Shown: positions 15,381-31,612, counted from the stretch's first letter. The stretch is 64,000 nucleotides of DNA from the human T2T-CHM13v2.0 reference genome, Homo sapiens (GCF_009914755.1 NC_060934.1); one strand, 5' to 3'. Translations and numbers: made by a program. Notes: a model not told the origin generated them from the sequence alone.

Positions 15381-16025
15381 GTGTTTTCTTAATTTTTAAA
15401 TTTCTAAATTTTGTAGGTACATAGTATGTGTTATATTAGTTCATTCTCACGCTGCTATAAAGACATATTTGAGACTGGGTAATTTAAAAATAAAAGAGGT
15501 TTAACTGACTTACAGTTCCACATGGCTGGGGAGGCCTCAGGAAACTTACAATCACAGTGGAAGGTGTAGAGGAAGCAAGGAATGTCTTCCATGGAAGCAG
15601 AAGAGAGAGAACGAAGGAGTGAGTGCCATACTTTTAAACCATCAGATCTCCTGAGAACTCACTCACTGTCATAAGAACAGCATGAGGGAAACCGTCCTCA
15701 TGATCTAATTACCTCCTACCAGGTCCCTCTCTGACACTTGGAGATTACAATTTGAGATGACATTTGGGTAGGGACAAAGAGCCAAACCATTTCATAGTAG
15801 ATGTCTATGTTTACGGGTTACATAAGATGTTTTGATACAGACATGCCTTGAGAAATAATCACATCACAGAGAATGGGATATCTACCCTCTCAAACATTTA
15901 TCCCATGTGTTACAATCTATTTACACTCTTTTAGTTATTTTAAAATGTAAAATTAATTTATCACTGACTGTAGTCAATTTGATGTGCTAACTTTTTTTTT
16001 TTTTGTACCCATTAACATCCCCACA
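15381..16025 (-). mobile_element. 5'-truncated L1MA (MA1/2-like) with 12-bp TSD
   Basis: TSD aggttctgtgat at 15369-15380 and 16026-16037; 'ttttgtaggtacatagta', 'gtacccattaac'. Confidence 0.8.
15432..15794 (-). mobile_element. MSTA solo LTR
   Basis: tattagttcattctcacgctgctataaagaca...gagactgggtaattt...ggggaggcctcaggaaacttacaatc...ccaaaccatttca. Confidence 0.9.
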
Positions 16026-16489
16026 AGGTTCTGTGATTCGGGTTGAGCTTAGCAGGGCTTACTTGTAAGGTGTGGGTGGAGTCCAGGCTTGAGCCAGCAG
16101 CTACCTAAGGCATGTTCTTTGAGCAAAAAATAGGAGGAAAAGGGCACAAATCCAGACATGAAAGTAAATGTTTATTCTCTGCCTGTGTCATGCGTCTAAA
16201 TATTTCATTGGCCATACAAAGTCACAAATCCATTTCCAAAATCAGTGGGATAGAAAAGTGTACTCTGCATAGACTGGGAGGATGAGGGGAAAGAACATTT
16301 AATAAAAAAATCAACCAAACTCTTATACTCAATCACTTAATAGCAGTCTTTCACAATTATTACAGATATGTTTAAACACAGGTTATTTCCCACTGGATGA
16401 AATGTGCTTCAAAATATCATTACTTTTTATGTCATAGCAGTGCAAAATTTAGCATTGTTAAATAATTAAACTCACCTCTACTTAAATTT

Positions 16490-16618
16490 TGGTCTAGAGA
16501 GCATCAGCATCTTTGCCAGCATTGAGACCCCATCTGAGACTCACTAAATCATAAACTTCATGTTAGCAAGTTCCTCAGGTGATTCATATGTGTATTAAAA
16601 TTTGAAAAGCATTGCTCT
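16490..16618. mobile_element. MER5A-like hAT MITE
   Basis: 'gcaagttcctcaggtgattcatatg...aaatttgaaaagcattgct'. Confidence 0.65.
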
Positions 16619-16914
16619 CAATAATACAAAAAATTTTACAAAGCTTTCTGGTGGAAGGGGGAGCTAGTATTGCACTCTTTAGTTCCTTGTCAACATAAGC
16701 AAATATTTATTGGTTTTAATATTCGATATTAATTTTTTAACCATTAGCAATAATTTGTGTTTTATTTTGTATATCTTTCTATATTTTTTACAACTTTCTC
16801 TCTGTTTTTATGAATTGAATAGACTAAAATATATTCAAGTCAACACATAGTTCATATGCATGTATTTGCCTACTAATATAACTTATTGAAGGTTTTGAGA
16901 AACTTGTAAAAATG

Positions 16915-17410
16915 AGCATTCATTCAGCAAGTGTTTATTATGATATGTCTGGCATTTTTTCTAGTTTCTTGGGATAATGAAGTGAACAATACATACACAT
17001 GTCCTGTTGTGGAGTTTCCATTCTGACTGTTGGTGGTGGGTGGGACACAAATATCAAACAAAATAAGTAAAATAACACTATATGTATATATATATGTGTA
17101 TATATATGTATATATGTATATATATGTGTATATATGTATATATGTATATATATGTGTGTATATATGTATATATATACACACATATATATACACACACACG
17201 TATTTTATACATACATGTATATAAAACACTCACACACACACACAGATATTACAGTGATTAGTGTTCCAGCAAAAAGTAAGGAAAAGTAAAGCAAAATGCT
17301 TGCAGTCGTGGCTTATAATTTTAAATAGGGTAGTCATAGAAATTCTCATTGAGAAATTAATATTTGACTAAAGAATGAAAAATGATGAATCAAGCCAAAC
17401 GATATGCGAT
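16915..17410 (-). mobile_element. L2a 3' end containing a (TA)n/(CA)n tract at 17079-17244
   Basis: cattcattcagcaagtgtttatt terminus; 'ttttaaatagggtagtcatagaa'. Confidence 0.7.
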
Positions 17411-18874
17411 GTAACTGAAGGAGTTAAAAAAACAAAGACATTTTTAAAAGCCAAGAATAATTAAAACCCAGCCCCTTTTATTTCATCACCATGTCAGTAA
17501 CAGTGTCGTTTGGGTTCTATAAATGCATAAGGAGAATTTCACCACCCACTTTATCCCTCAGGATGTTTTTATTTACTGAGTTTTTTGAGTTGATGTGTTC
17601 ACATCTTGACTGCCCTCTTTTAATTGTTATGGCATATAACTATATAGCGTTCTCTAATTTCCAAGTAAACTGATGAATTCTGGGGGAGAAGGGACTGTGG
17701 TTTGAAGGTATAATTGTTACTTTTTGCAGTAAGTTTATATTACGTATATTATTTATTTATTATAGTAAGGTCGACGTTCCATCTGAAACTTTTTATCATT
17801 TCGTAATTAGTGCTCCGCTGTGGTAAAAATTAATTTCACAGTGTACACTGCCTCTGGGCTAGGGAGTAGTACACCAGTGTGCATTATCCTGGGTACTGAA
17901 AACGACTGACCTGCGTCATTACTTTGTTCTTAGTCAATAACCATTTAAAATCTAAGGAAGCATCTTATAATTAACACTCACATTATCTGACATATTACTA
18001 CCAGATTTCCTTTTCATTTGTTTATTTGGTAAACATTAGGCACCCCCAATAGAAGTGGCCCTAGAGCAAAAACAAAGAAAACAAGATATGACCTGAATAA
18101 TTGTGGAGCTTCTTGTCTAGTAAAAGAGATATGTAAATAAACATTTGCATTTCTTGAGAGTTAGAGAAAGTGCCAAGTACTTTTGGAGGGGCTAAATGAA
18201 GATAATTTAGTCATATATAAATACTAATCCCAACGTGGGCTTTCATGAAAGTAACACATTGCTTTGAAAACAACCAGTGTGTTTTCAGAGATGTTATTAA
18301 GCATGGACTGAGAATAGCTTTTGTTTTCTTTGAGAAATTATGTTAGAAAGTAGGTCAGGTATCATGATGTTATTAAGGCAGGCTTTCTGGGAAGGATCAG
18401 CTGTCCTGACTGCAGCTGAGTGACAGGAGCTAAGACCACATTCATTGTCTTTCCAAAATTACCAGCAGTGGTCCCTCCTCTCTCTGTGGCAGTGTCTTAA
18501 GTGGCAAGTCTTAGGATAATATTTTCCAGATTATAAAATCAGGTCGTTGACAGAGAAGGAAAAATTATATGTGAAGGACCTCTCTGAATCACTCATGAGA
18601 TAATCCATATTTTCCAAATGTTTGATATATAATATGCCTTATGAATTTTCAAAAGGTTGATGCACATAGAGTTTTTCTAAATTATTTACCCTCAAAACTG
18701 CCTTTTTCTTTGTAGGAACACAAATATGCCCTTTATAGGACGGTCATTCTGTATATCACAGTGTGAAAAATTTTGTTTAATGTATTTATGATTATTACTT
18801 CACAGAATAACAAAATACACTGGAAACCACTCTATCATAAATTCCTAATGATAATCAGCAAGTGATATTAATAT

Positions 18875-20493
18875 TTTTAGCCTTCAATTTTGAAATAATT
18901 ATGAATTCATAGAAACTTCAAAGAGAGTGCAGAAAAATACTATGTACCCTTCACGCATTTTTCCCTCAGTGGTTACCTAACTATGGTCCAGTATTAAAAC
19001 CCAGAAACTAATATTGTCTCAATGTTTGAAAGTCTGCAGCATTTCATTACATGCATAAATTTGTATAAAGCATCATTGCCACAATCAAGATACTCCATCT
19101 TTACAAAGATCTTCCTTGAGCTACTTCTTTATAGTCAAACTCATTCCCATCATCCCTAACCTCAGGAAGCCACTACTTTGTTTTATATCTCTTTGCTTTA
19201 TCATGTTGAGAAAGTTATATAAATGGAACTCTACAGGATGTGACCTTTGAGAATAGGTCTTAAAGATCTTCTTTCTCTCAGCATCATCCTCTTGAGATCC
19301 ATCAAAATTGTTGTGTGTATAAATCACGTTTTCCTTTGTATTGCTTAGTCATGTTTCATGCTATTGAGGTAACCATACCCTGGTGCTATTTTCCAGAGCG
19401 ATTGCATCGTGTCACACTACCACCAATAATGTACACAAGAACAAGTGTTTCCACGTCCTTGTGATGATTTGGTGGTGTTACTATTTTATTTTTATATTAC
19501 CCTTCTTATAACTGAGGAGTAATATCTCACCATGGTCTTAATTTGCACTTTCCCAATAGCTTGTAATGTTGAATATTATTTCCTGTGCTTGTTTATAATC
19601 CATATATCCCCTTGGCTGAAATATCTCTTTTGCCCATTCTCTAATTAGACTTCTTTTTAACTGTTGAGTTTTGAGAGTTCTTTACACATTATGGGTATAA
19701 GTCTTTTAACAGATATGTGAATGGCAGATATTTTCTCCCCGGCTTTGGGTTGTCTTTTTTGTTCTTTTAACAGGATCATTTGCAGAGCAAACATATTTAA
19801 TGTTGATGAAGTTCAATGTATTGAACTTTCCTCTTCCAGATCATGCTTTGATATCACATCTAAGAATACTTCACCAAGTCCTAGGTCCCTGATTTTCTCC
19901 TTTGTGTTCTTTAAAAAGTTGTATGATATTACATTTTACATTTAAGAGTATGAATCATTTAGTTAATTTTAGTCTAAAGTGTCAAATTTGGTCACAGTTT
20001 CTTTATTTTTATGTTTGCCTATAACCAACTACTCCAGCATCATTGACAAGACTGTCCTACTTTTATTTAATTGTTTTTGTACCTTTGTCAAAAATTAGTT
20101 GTACTTACATGGAGCTATTTCTGGGTTCTTTTCTGTTCTATTGATCTAGGTATCTATTCCTCCACCAGTACAAGACAGTCTGGTTAACTAAAGCTGTATC
20201 ATAAATCTTGAAATCAGTTAGATTAATTCCTCCTAATTCATTCTTCTTATACAAAATTGTTTTAGTTATTCTAGTCCCTTTGACGTTCTATATATATTTT
20301 ATAAAAATATATATCTACAAGTTATGGAACTTTGATAAAAATTGCATTTAATACCATGTCAATTGGGGGGGGGGAGTCATATTTTTAATATATTGAGTTT
20401 TCCAATCATGAGCATAGTAGGTTTCTCCCCATTATTTAGATCTTTGATTTCTCTCATCAGCATTTCGTGGTTTTCAGCATACAAATTTTGTAC
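18875..20493 (-). mobile_element. L1MC/L1MD 3' UTR + ORF2 end
   Basis: 'ttttgaaataattat...atgtacccttcac', 'gtaatatctcaccatggtcttaatttgcact', 'ttgtacctttgtcaaaaattagttg'. Confidence 0.8.
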
Positions 20494-21581
20494 CTGTAAG
20501 AGACATTGATCAATGGACAAATTATAGGATTTGGAAAGGTAGAAAATAGTTTGATTGATGACACAGCTTTAGACAAAGGTGATCATTGTCTTCCTGATGG
20601 CACAGGTGTCTGATATTGGCATTAATTGCACCACAAATGCCAGGAATTGGCATCAGTTCCCAAGACTATGTGCTCCTTTTTTTACCTGGTGCCTATAGGA
20701 AATAATAGGATATGAAATTATAAGTTGTTCCCCCTCATCACAGTGATGTGAAATTCAAACTACTTATTTTTGCTTATTTTATTTTCCCCACTGGTATATT
20801 AGAAATAAACTTTCCAAGGAAACATAACTTCAAAACAAGGGAAAAGATCAAAAGAAAAATATGATTTACATTATAAAGATCTATTTAGCAGTGTTTACAT
20901 GAATAAAAATATCAAATCTGTTTTTCAGCAGCACACATTATTTTCTTGTACAAATGGCCTCTCTAGATGCTGCTCTATATGCTAATATATTTCTCACAGG
21001 CTGCTAAATTTTCCAGCACAAGGCAACTGAATTATTTTATTCATTTTATAGTTCTTAACTAAGACAGCGGTTCATATTCTAAACTAGATGCTGAGTTGGG
21101 GTTCATTACTATTTTCCTGACATCTACTCCCCAGTCCTTTGAAAGGATACTTAGAACTTCAGTATTCTATACTACAAGAGGTTATAAGTATTATAGTCTA
21201 TTCTAGGAAAAAAAAAATTACAAAATACATTTCAAATGACATTTGAAAACTGAATTAGCAATTCGATTTTTAAAAGGCATTCTCTCCATTTGATGACATA
21301 AATTATGACAGAAAATGTATCTCTATCCTTGAAGACATTACAAATTTGTATTGGCTGTTAAACAATTTAGAAAAACAAATTATTAGTCTTGATGTTTTCT
21401 TGAAGTAATCTTTTTTTTTTTTAGTTCTTTCAACAGCTAAAAATGATTATTTTAAGCCCTTTTTCTTTATTGTACAAGTTTCTTGCTCAGAGGTGTAATA
21501 AAGTTAGCTTACATTTTATGTTAGTATTTTCTTATATATCCCCAAATGACATAGAAACGATGGTAAAACTCGTATGTTTTC

Positions 21582-21733
21582 TTTTTTAATTTTTAAAATT
21601 TAATTTAATTATTTGTAGAGACAAAGTCTCACTTTGTTGGCCAGGATGGTCTTGAACTCCTAGCATCATGTGATCCTCCCACCTTAGCCTCCTAAAATGT
21701 TGTGATTACCGGGGTGAAGCACTCCACCCAGCC
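21582..21733 (-). mobile_element. FLAM / free left Alu monomer
   Basis: single monomer; degenerate TSD tcgtatgttttc / tcatatgctttc. Confidence 0.85.
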
Positions 21734-22303
21734 TCATATGCTTTCATATTCTCCACCTTATAAACTACAAAGAGTAATTGGTTTATTTTGCACCTTGAGA
21801 TAATTTTATCTGACTTGGGATAACTATAAGAATGTATCTATACAGAAAAAAACAAACAAAAACCTCACTGATTTGATGCCAAGTGCAATAGAACTTGGAC
21901 ATTCTTAAAGAGTCATATGTAATAAAATAGAGTACATGATTTGTCCAGGAATTACCATAGCATCTGTGGGGTTATCTGCGTTTCTTTGGCTTGTGCATTG
22001 GAGAGCAAATCCCTGAGTGTTTTGATGACAGAATCATTTTTGCCCTCATTTGCCTTAAAAATTTTGAACAATTGTGTAAATGAGGCTTATTTAAGAGAGA
22101 AACATTTATCTGAAGACATATCAACATGCTACCCTAGGTTCTTTTCAAGTATTTTTAATATTTGAACACTTATTTCACTTATGATTTTACAGACTTTTAT
22201 TTCAGTTGTAATATTCAAGAAGAACTTCATAAAGAATTATTGTCGTTAAAGAATTCTAAACAGTACATTTTGTTACTTATCAAATTACTCACTCATTGGT
22301 TTT

Positions 22304-22677
<374 letters not shown>

Positions 22678-23355
22678 TAAGGTATGACACCTTCATACAA
22701 CAATGCTCAGTTTTATAACATCTTCACTACCATTTTCAGCTTTATAATTTACTTGCCGCACGATAAAAAGATGCCTGTGTAATTACTACTGTCATGGAAA
22801 TGGGAAAATAAAACAACTTAAGCAATGACAGTAATAAAATACTTCAAAAAGTACCTGGGAGATAGTGTGGTATTTAATGCAACTTAACCTATTTAATTTC
22901 TGCAACTTATTTCAATAAGCTCATTCAAATTATCACACCTTTTTACCTCACTTTTCTGTTTCACAATTTTCTCTAAAATAAAGAACTGTTCTAAAAAAAT
23001 AACTACTATGATAAATGATAACTTTTGCTTGGGGCAGCATTACCCAACCTAAAATGTATTGCAGAATAATAAACTTCATAAATTTCTTACCAAGACCTGA
23101 GAAGCATAGATGAGAAGACAGAATAAATAAATTATATTGACCAAATAGGTATTTAGAGAAGGAAATGTGTGTAATGCTAAAACAGTTTATCAGTTTTGAA
23201 ACTGGGACCAGATTTGTAGAGAAATGAACTTACAGAAGCCACGGAAATAGCTGTGTGTATCACAAACCAAAATAGTCTCTTTATATGTTGCTATCAGGAT
23301 AGCATTATGAAGGTTTCAAATATTACATGATACAGCAAGATCACTGCAGTTTTGA

Positions 23356-23817
<462 letters not shown>

Positions 23818-24548
23818 TGAAGTTCAGAATGAAGGGGAAGGATTGCTATAACTGTTGGAAGAATTTCTCCTATGGATAAATTCCATAGATACTGAAGTTT
23901 GGGAAACTGTTGGAAAATTCCATGGTTGTTATTCACAACCATGTATAATACAGAAGAAGTAAGATATCAGTTGTTTTCTCTTAAGAAGCTTAGTACTTAT
24001 TAAAACTATGGAAATTTTACAAACAGAAATAGAATTAAACAACAGTCGGAATATAATTAAATATCTCCAAGAATGAATATTAGAGATAGTTAGAGCCACA
24101 AAAAAAAATTGTTGAGTAAGTCTTCATGAAAAACAAAACAAAAAGGACCCTGAACTTATTCCTAAAAGAAGTAGAATAATTTCTATAAGCAGGAAGAAAA
24201 CATGACTTGGTCATTAGCCTGTGAAAAAATCATGAAAACATCTATGGAGATTTAAAAGTATACATAAGGTTGTATGGTTCTTTGGGAAAAGCAGCAGCCT
24301 CATACGATAACTATGTATTTACAGGGTTTTCCACCTTCCTTTGTTTATTGTTTGCTTGTTTGTTTATATTCCATAAAAGACTTGAGTTAGCTAGGCTAGG
24401 AACTAAATTTACCTTTACATATAGTCCAAATTAAGTGTTCAGAGATCACAAGCACTCAGAGATCTCTTGCTTACAAGAGATGGATACAGAAATAAATACA
24501 TTTACAATAAGAAATGCAGTCTGTAATTTCTGAACACATGTATTCTGA

Positions 24549-24909
<361 letters not shown>

Positions 24910-25894
24910 CAACTTACACTTCTCTGTGCCTGTGTCCACAACTGACAGAGCCCTAACCATGGGAGAGAAACATATCAAACAGCCTTCAACACCTTACCAC
25001 TGCCATAGTATTAATACATGTTAAACTTTTACTTTGTCTTAAGAGTTTTTCTGTCTCATCATGAGTTGACTTTATAGTTTAACTCTCATAGAGCAATTTC
25101 ATCTATCACATAGACAGTGAAGATTTTTCTGTAAGGAAAGTGACATGATCAGGTGAGAGTTTCAGTGACAGAACTTGGTCAGCAGTCTAGAATGAAAGTA
25201 AATCATACAAATCTATTTTGGCAAAAATTGAGTTTTTATCAAGTATAGTTTTTATCTGTTTTTGCTGTCTTCCAGATAACTTAGTACTTTCTCAGGAATA
25301 AAACCCAAGCGCACCAGATTTTCTCTATGTTGGGTATATATCTATAAATTTAGCTTTATACATCTATAGATATTCTGAAAATCACAAATTCATTTTAGTC
25401 TTATAAACCTAATTAAATATTAAATACAAAATACGAAAATTCCAGGTTGACCTCTAAGCTTTTCTATTTAAACACTTCTAAAAATGTCCAGTGGATTATT
25501 TTTTCATACTGTAGTAACTAAGATTTCATCCATTGCTATATTCCCCTGGTCCCAGAACTAGAGTCCCCAATGTTTTAAACATCTGTGTGAGAATAATGAA
25601 GTATGCCTAGAAGAAATGTCAAAAAATTAATGATGAATGGTTCATTTTATGAATATTTATGATACAGATTGAATAAAAGCAAGTAAGGAAAGATTGTGCT
25701 AGGAAATATTGGGTCTTCTATATTAAAAATATATTCATCGGGTAAGCAGATTGACCTCCCAGATTTTTATGAGAATCACCTCTGCCCCTTCATCTTGTGG
25801 AATACCTTTCAAGCAGAGATAATCAATTTTTTTTTCTTTGTAGGGGTTGGTATATAGGAAGGATGCATGTAGAGGGTGATGAGAGAAGAGATGA

Positions 25895-26329
<435 letters not shown>

Positions 26330-27650
26330 TAACCTGATGGCATCATTCAGCAAATGACCTGAAGAAGATATAAACGTATTTACTGAGACATAAAACATAT
26401 GCCTCATATTTGTTGCACAAATAAGACAAACAAAAGGAGAAGTCCCTGTTTGTAGCTGCAAGGGGTCCTTGCAGAAGTGTGCCACAGAGGTGGTCCTGGG
26501 ATGCTGTCTGAGAGGTTGGCCCCTGGGCCACTTTGTTTCTCACTCAAATGAGTCATGGTACCCAAGTTTCACCGGTACCAGGACAATCCATAATGATCAC
26601 AGAGCTCATGTTGGGAAAGTTAGTCCATAGAACAAGTATTTTGGGGTCATAGAATAATAATTAAAGATTTCATCAGTTGGGAGATGGGTAGAGTCACTGC
26701 ATGGCTCACCCATTCTTGGTTGATCCTTTTTGAATTAATGCACTGCATATATGATTTAATGGTGTTCATTTTTCTTCTTGTAGAGTATGATATATGTGAC
26801 TGCTAGTGTTTCAAACATGTTTTTTTCCTATGTGCAGAACAATTTCGTCACTGTTTTCCCTCATTCACACAAATGACAAGACAAAAGCTTTAAAGGCTTT
26901 GAATTCCTACTGCTCCTAACCTGTCCTGTTCTTTTCCCAGAATTTTTCCAGACTTTTTTCACTGTGTGACAATCACTCAAAATCTAGTAAATTTCATCTA
27001 TGCAACATTGAAATATTAATCCCTGAAAATACTTTTTATTAATTTTTACTCAAAGAAAAGCTCCGTGGGTTGCTCTGTGAAGGCCCATTTGTAGCATTTC
27101 AAGTAAAATTTGGATAATTACTGTTCTGGGGTTTTGTTGTATTTAAATGGAGCCCAGAGAATCTTACAGAACTGAAAAAGTGTTTCAAGTACAAGAATGG
27201 CAGTGAAATAAGCAAAAGAAGAAAATAAAATAATTTAAGTTTCATGAGATTAAAAATAATCTTCTTTTGTTCCTGTTATTTCTTAATCATGAAAAGTCTT
27301 TTTGTATAATGCATAGCAATTTAATGATCTTGTATTCCTTTGACAATGGGCTCTAAGAGTTTATGAAGGAATCTTGCTTTCAGAAGTCACAGAAAGAAAG
27401 TAAACTCAGCCCTTTAATTCCTACTAAATTTCTATTTGATTCTTCCTCTGCTGTCTCCCATACATTGCAACATATGACTCAAGGCTGGTCTAACTTCACT
27501 CAGTGTTAAAGTGCAGACAGAGCAAGAGAATAAACAGGTGTAATTTTCCTCCAGAAATCTGTTAATAAAGAAGAGGGCAATGTGATAGAATTGAAAATAA
27601 TATCATATTAATTATACTAATCATATCGTATGTAATATTCCTATTCTTGA

Positions 27651-27956
<306 letters not shown>

Positions 27957-28646
27957 TAATCTGTGTGTGTGTGGTATTTTTGCATGGTGAAAGGTGAAAA
28001 GGAAGAAAGAAAATGCAAAAGAAATAGCATAAACACCTAGTAATTTATCACTTTCATAAAGAAAATATAAGATCTTTTTAAACTCAAAAAAATATTTCTC
28101 AAGCCTTTATTCATAAAAATGTCTTCCACATTTTCTCCAAGTTTTGGTCTGTTTATCAGTTCCTGGCTTCTCTGTTTAGTCACCTTCCTCTTAGATCAAT
28201 AAAATAAGAGAAGACTCCTTTGTTTGCAGTCTGCTTCAGAATTTAATCCTAAGCAAACATCTATTCACTTCCAATAAAACATAGGTAAATTGAGGACAGA
28301 GTTATTCAATTTTAATTAGACATTTTTGTGGTTATGATATTTGCTACCTTCTTCATGGACCATGAGCATGCCAATTTGATATTGAAACAAAGCAGATGAT
28401 TAAATGTGTCCATATGTCCTTTTAACCTAAAATAACTTTTGATAATTTGTTGAAAGAATTTTACTCAAATGTTGAGTTGGCAGATGTTCAATATAATTCC
28501 TACAGATACAATGTTGTAAGTAGTAGAATTAGCAAGCACCATTAACCCATATAATATTAAAGGTCTGAGATGAAAATAAATGCAATAAATATTATTAACG
28601 AGACAAAGGAGTAAATTTTCTTAGCCAGTGATATGATAGATACTAC

Positions 28647-28952
28647 TTTTTTTTTCTTTTTTTCTTTTTTTGAGACAGGGTGTAGCTCAGTCACCCACAC
28701 TGGAGTGCAGTGGTACAATCTAAGTTCACTGCAACCTCTTCCTCCTGGGCTCAATTGATCCTCCCGCCTCAGCCTCCTGAATAGCTGGGTTTACAGGCAT
28801 GCTCCACCACACCTGGCAAGTTTTTGTGTTTTTTGCAGAGATGGGGTCTCACTGTATTGCCTAGGTTGGTCTCAGACTCTGGGGCTCAAGAGATCCACCT
28901 GCCTTGGCCTCCCGAAGTACTGGGATTATAGGCATGAACCACCATGCCCAGC
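28647..28952 (-). mobile_element. AluJ
   Basis: gggctcaa..gatcctccc J-type diagnostics; agata(c/t)ta flanks. Confidence 0.93.
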
Positions 28953-29514
28953 AGATATTAATTTTTTAAACCATGAGTTTAGTGTAGAAAACAGAAGTGC
29001 AGTTTCATTGATATTTAAATTATATTTATTATAATTGATGAATATAAAAATGGTTTATTAAGAGCAAACTAATTTGTTTGCTCTGGCTTGTAACATAGTA
29101 GGTGGAATGGGCAGTGTTGCCACTTCTGCCTTCCCCGTTTATTTCAAAGCAAGTATTTTCATTTGGTTACAAAGAAGTTTCTAGATAAATGTTTCCCAGT
29201 TGACAATTAGTTAAACAGGCTCTTTGCCTGACAGGCTTCTAACACTATATGGAATAGTATAGAGGAAAGCAAATAAACATTTTAAGACTGTAATGAAAGG
29301 GAAATATACATAGGTGGATTTAATGCAAAGGTAATTGACCTGCCCAAGATACTCTACTTCTCCAAGAAAAGCTTTGCCTTTCATTCTGTGTGGGATGTTT
29401 GATGGCAGATATAGGTCTTATATAAGTCTGGTCCTTTGAAGAGTAATTATTTGATCGTAATAAAAAATAATCTTGTAGCATCCAGTTGGTGGGGGAGCAA
29501 GAGTTTTCTGGTGG

Positions 29515-29672
29515 TTTTGTTTGTTTGTTTGTTTGTTTGTTTTTTGTTTTTTGGTAGAGATGAGTTTTCATTATGTTGGCCAGGCTGGTCTGAAACTCTT
29601 GAGCTCAAAGCAATCCACCTGCCTCAGCCTCCCAAAGTCCTAGGATTTCAGGCATGAGCCACATGCCCGACT
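29515..29672 (-). mobile_element. FLAM/AluJ left monomer with (TTTG)n tail
   Basis: single monomer after a tttg repeat. Confidence 0.85.
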
Positions 29673-30085
29673 CAAGGAAGCAACATTAAAAAAAAAAGTT
29701 AAACCACTTTAAAATTTAATAAACAACTATTGAGTGGGATACTAAAGGAACAAACCAATCTTGTTGGGGATTTTAAGACTTTAAACTTGTAAAATCTTGA
29801 ATGAGGTCATATTTTAGGAAATCTGCAACAGGAAAGTTTTAAAGTATGTACAAAATAGTATTGATTATACACTAAATACAAATTAAGGGCACAGATGAAT
29901 CATACCAGAGCTCTTTGAATATGATAATATTTGAGGGTGTGTATTAAAATTTTTAATGAATATAATTTGTTTTAAAAAATTGCTCTTAAAAATAATACAA
30001 GATGGCAAGTGGGTAGGAAAAAAATACCTTGAATAACTTTAATATTGAGTAGGATGTAACTAAATACCAGGAGAAATATTTAAAC

Positions 30086-30560
30086 ATTATGCAGTGCTGA
30101 ACACTAGATTGTATTCCTTCAATCTAACTGTATTTTTGTACCCATTAACCAACCTCTCTTTATCTCCCCATCCCCACTACGCTTTCCAGCCTCTGGTAAC
30201 TACCATTCTACTCTCTACCTTTGTGGGATCATTTTTTTTTGTTCTCGCATGTGAGTGAGAACACGTGATATTTGTCTCTCTGCCTGGCTTATTTCACTTA
30301 ACATAATATCCTCCAGTTCCATCCATGTTGCAAATAGGATGAATGTAATTAACAATAATTTACTGTGTATTTCCAAATAACTAGAGGAATGAATTTGGAA
30401 TGTTCCCAACATTTAAAAAAATGATAAATGTTTGAGGTGATGGTTATCCCAATTACCCTGATTTGATCATTACACATCACATGCTTGTATCAAAATATCA
30501 CATGCCCCCTATAAGTATGTACAGCTATTGTGTATCCATAAATATTAAAAATAAAAAAGA
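30086..30560 (+). mobile_element. L1MA3/4-like 3' end with 5' inversion
   Basis: 30086-30335 antisense, 30336-30560 sense ending in an A-rich tail. Confidence 0.85.
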
Positions 30561-31484
30561 AATTTGGAGAAAAGTAAGCAGAAAAACGTTTATGAGGTTG
30601 TAGTGAAAAATAAAACATTCAGCTGAGGATATCTAATTTGAAATGTATTTATAGGATGCTCAAGAATTTGGAACCACACTTAGAGCTCATAGGAGGGAAA
30701 GATCCCTTCAGTTTGTAGGGCAGGGGCAGTGGAATTTGAGCCCTGGAGGACCAGATAAAGGATATGGTTGTGAGAGTGCTGTAGGCAGGCTGAATGGCAT
30801 AAGAAAGAACAGGGATGGTTCATGCACACTGCAAGGTGGGCTGTGGGTGATGATTTGGCTGAGGTGGGCACCTTATGTAGCTATCTGAGATATTACAAAG
30901 GAAATAGAGCCAAATTGTGGACCACCTTGAGTATCAGTTTAATTTTTTCTCAAAATGAACCTACATTGAAAAGATATTAAATGGTCTTAGAAAACAAAGA
31001 ATAAACAAGAATTTAATATAAGAATATGAAAAGTTAATATAAAAGGTTAATTATATTAAACATTAATATAATTTATTACATTAAAATAAAAAAGAGTATT
31101 CATTCATATAAAGTATGATAACTTGTGGGAATGTCTGCAGTAGAAAGACTCCAAGAAAAACAACTGAATGCCTTTATTTCTCTGATTAGGAGCATTCTGA
31201 AAATTGAGACGAGATACTGCAATATTTGTATAGCTATCTCAGCTGTAACTCTTACATTCAAGCAGATAACAAATAAAAATGCATGTGGAGTTCACTTTCC
31301 TATAAGCTACTTGATGTACCTTTAATTGTGCCTTCAGAAACTAAAAGTATATACTCATTTCTTGGTAAAAGTGAAATGCTAAACTTGGTTTAGAGACTCG
31401 AGCTGCGAAATGATTCTGAAACACCTTAACTTCACTGTGAGTTTAGAAGACTCTGCAGGAGTCTGATATTTTTAGGGAAGAACA

Positions 31485-31537
<53 letters not shown>

Positions 31538-31612
31538 ATATATTAGCTAAGCATATATATATGTTGAATATATATATATGCTGAGGTTATATATCATATA
31601 TAATATATATAT
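31485..31612. repeat. (TA)n microsatellite, ~20 perfect units plus degenerate flank
   Basis: directly visible. Confidence 0.95.

Larger units (their letters stand above)
14730..16300 (-). mobile_element. MLT1 MaLR internal segment (14730-15269) + MLT1H/I-like LTR (15270-16300), interrupted by nested insertions
   Basis: internal/LTR junction 'cagcactccactacaagtactaacttc|tgcataagtc', 'atgctgtgtaacaaactac', 'tcattggccatacaaagtcaca'. Confidence 0.65.

Noticed and set aside
16924-17229. Y/I/H/T-rich ORFs
   Set aside because: Products of the (TA)/(CA) microsatellite
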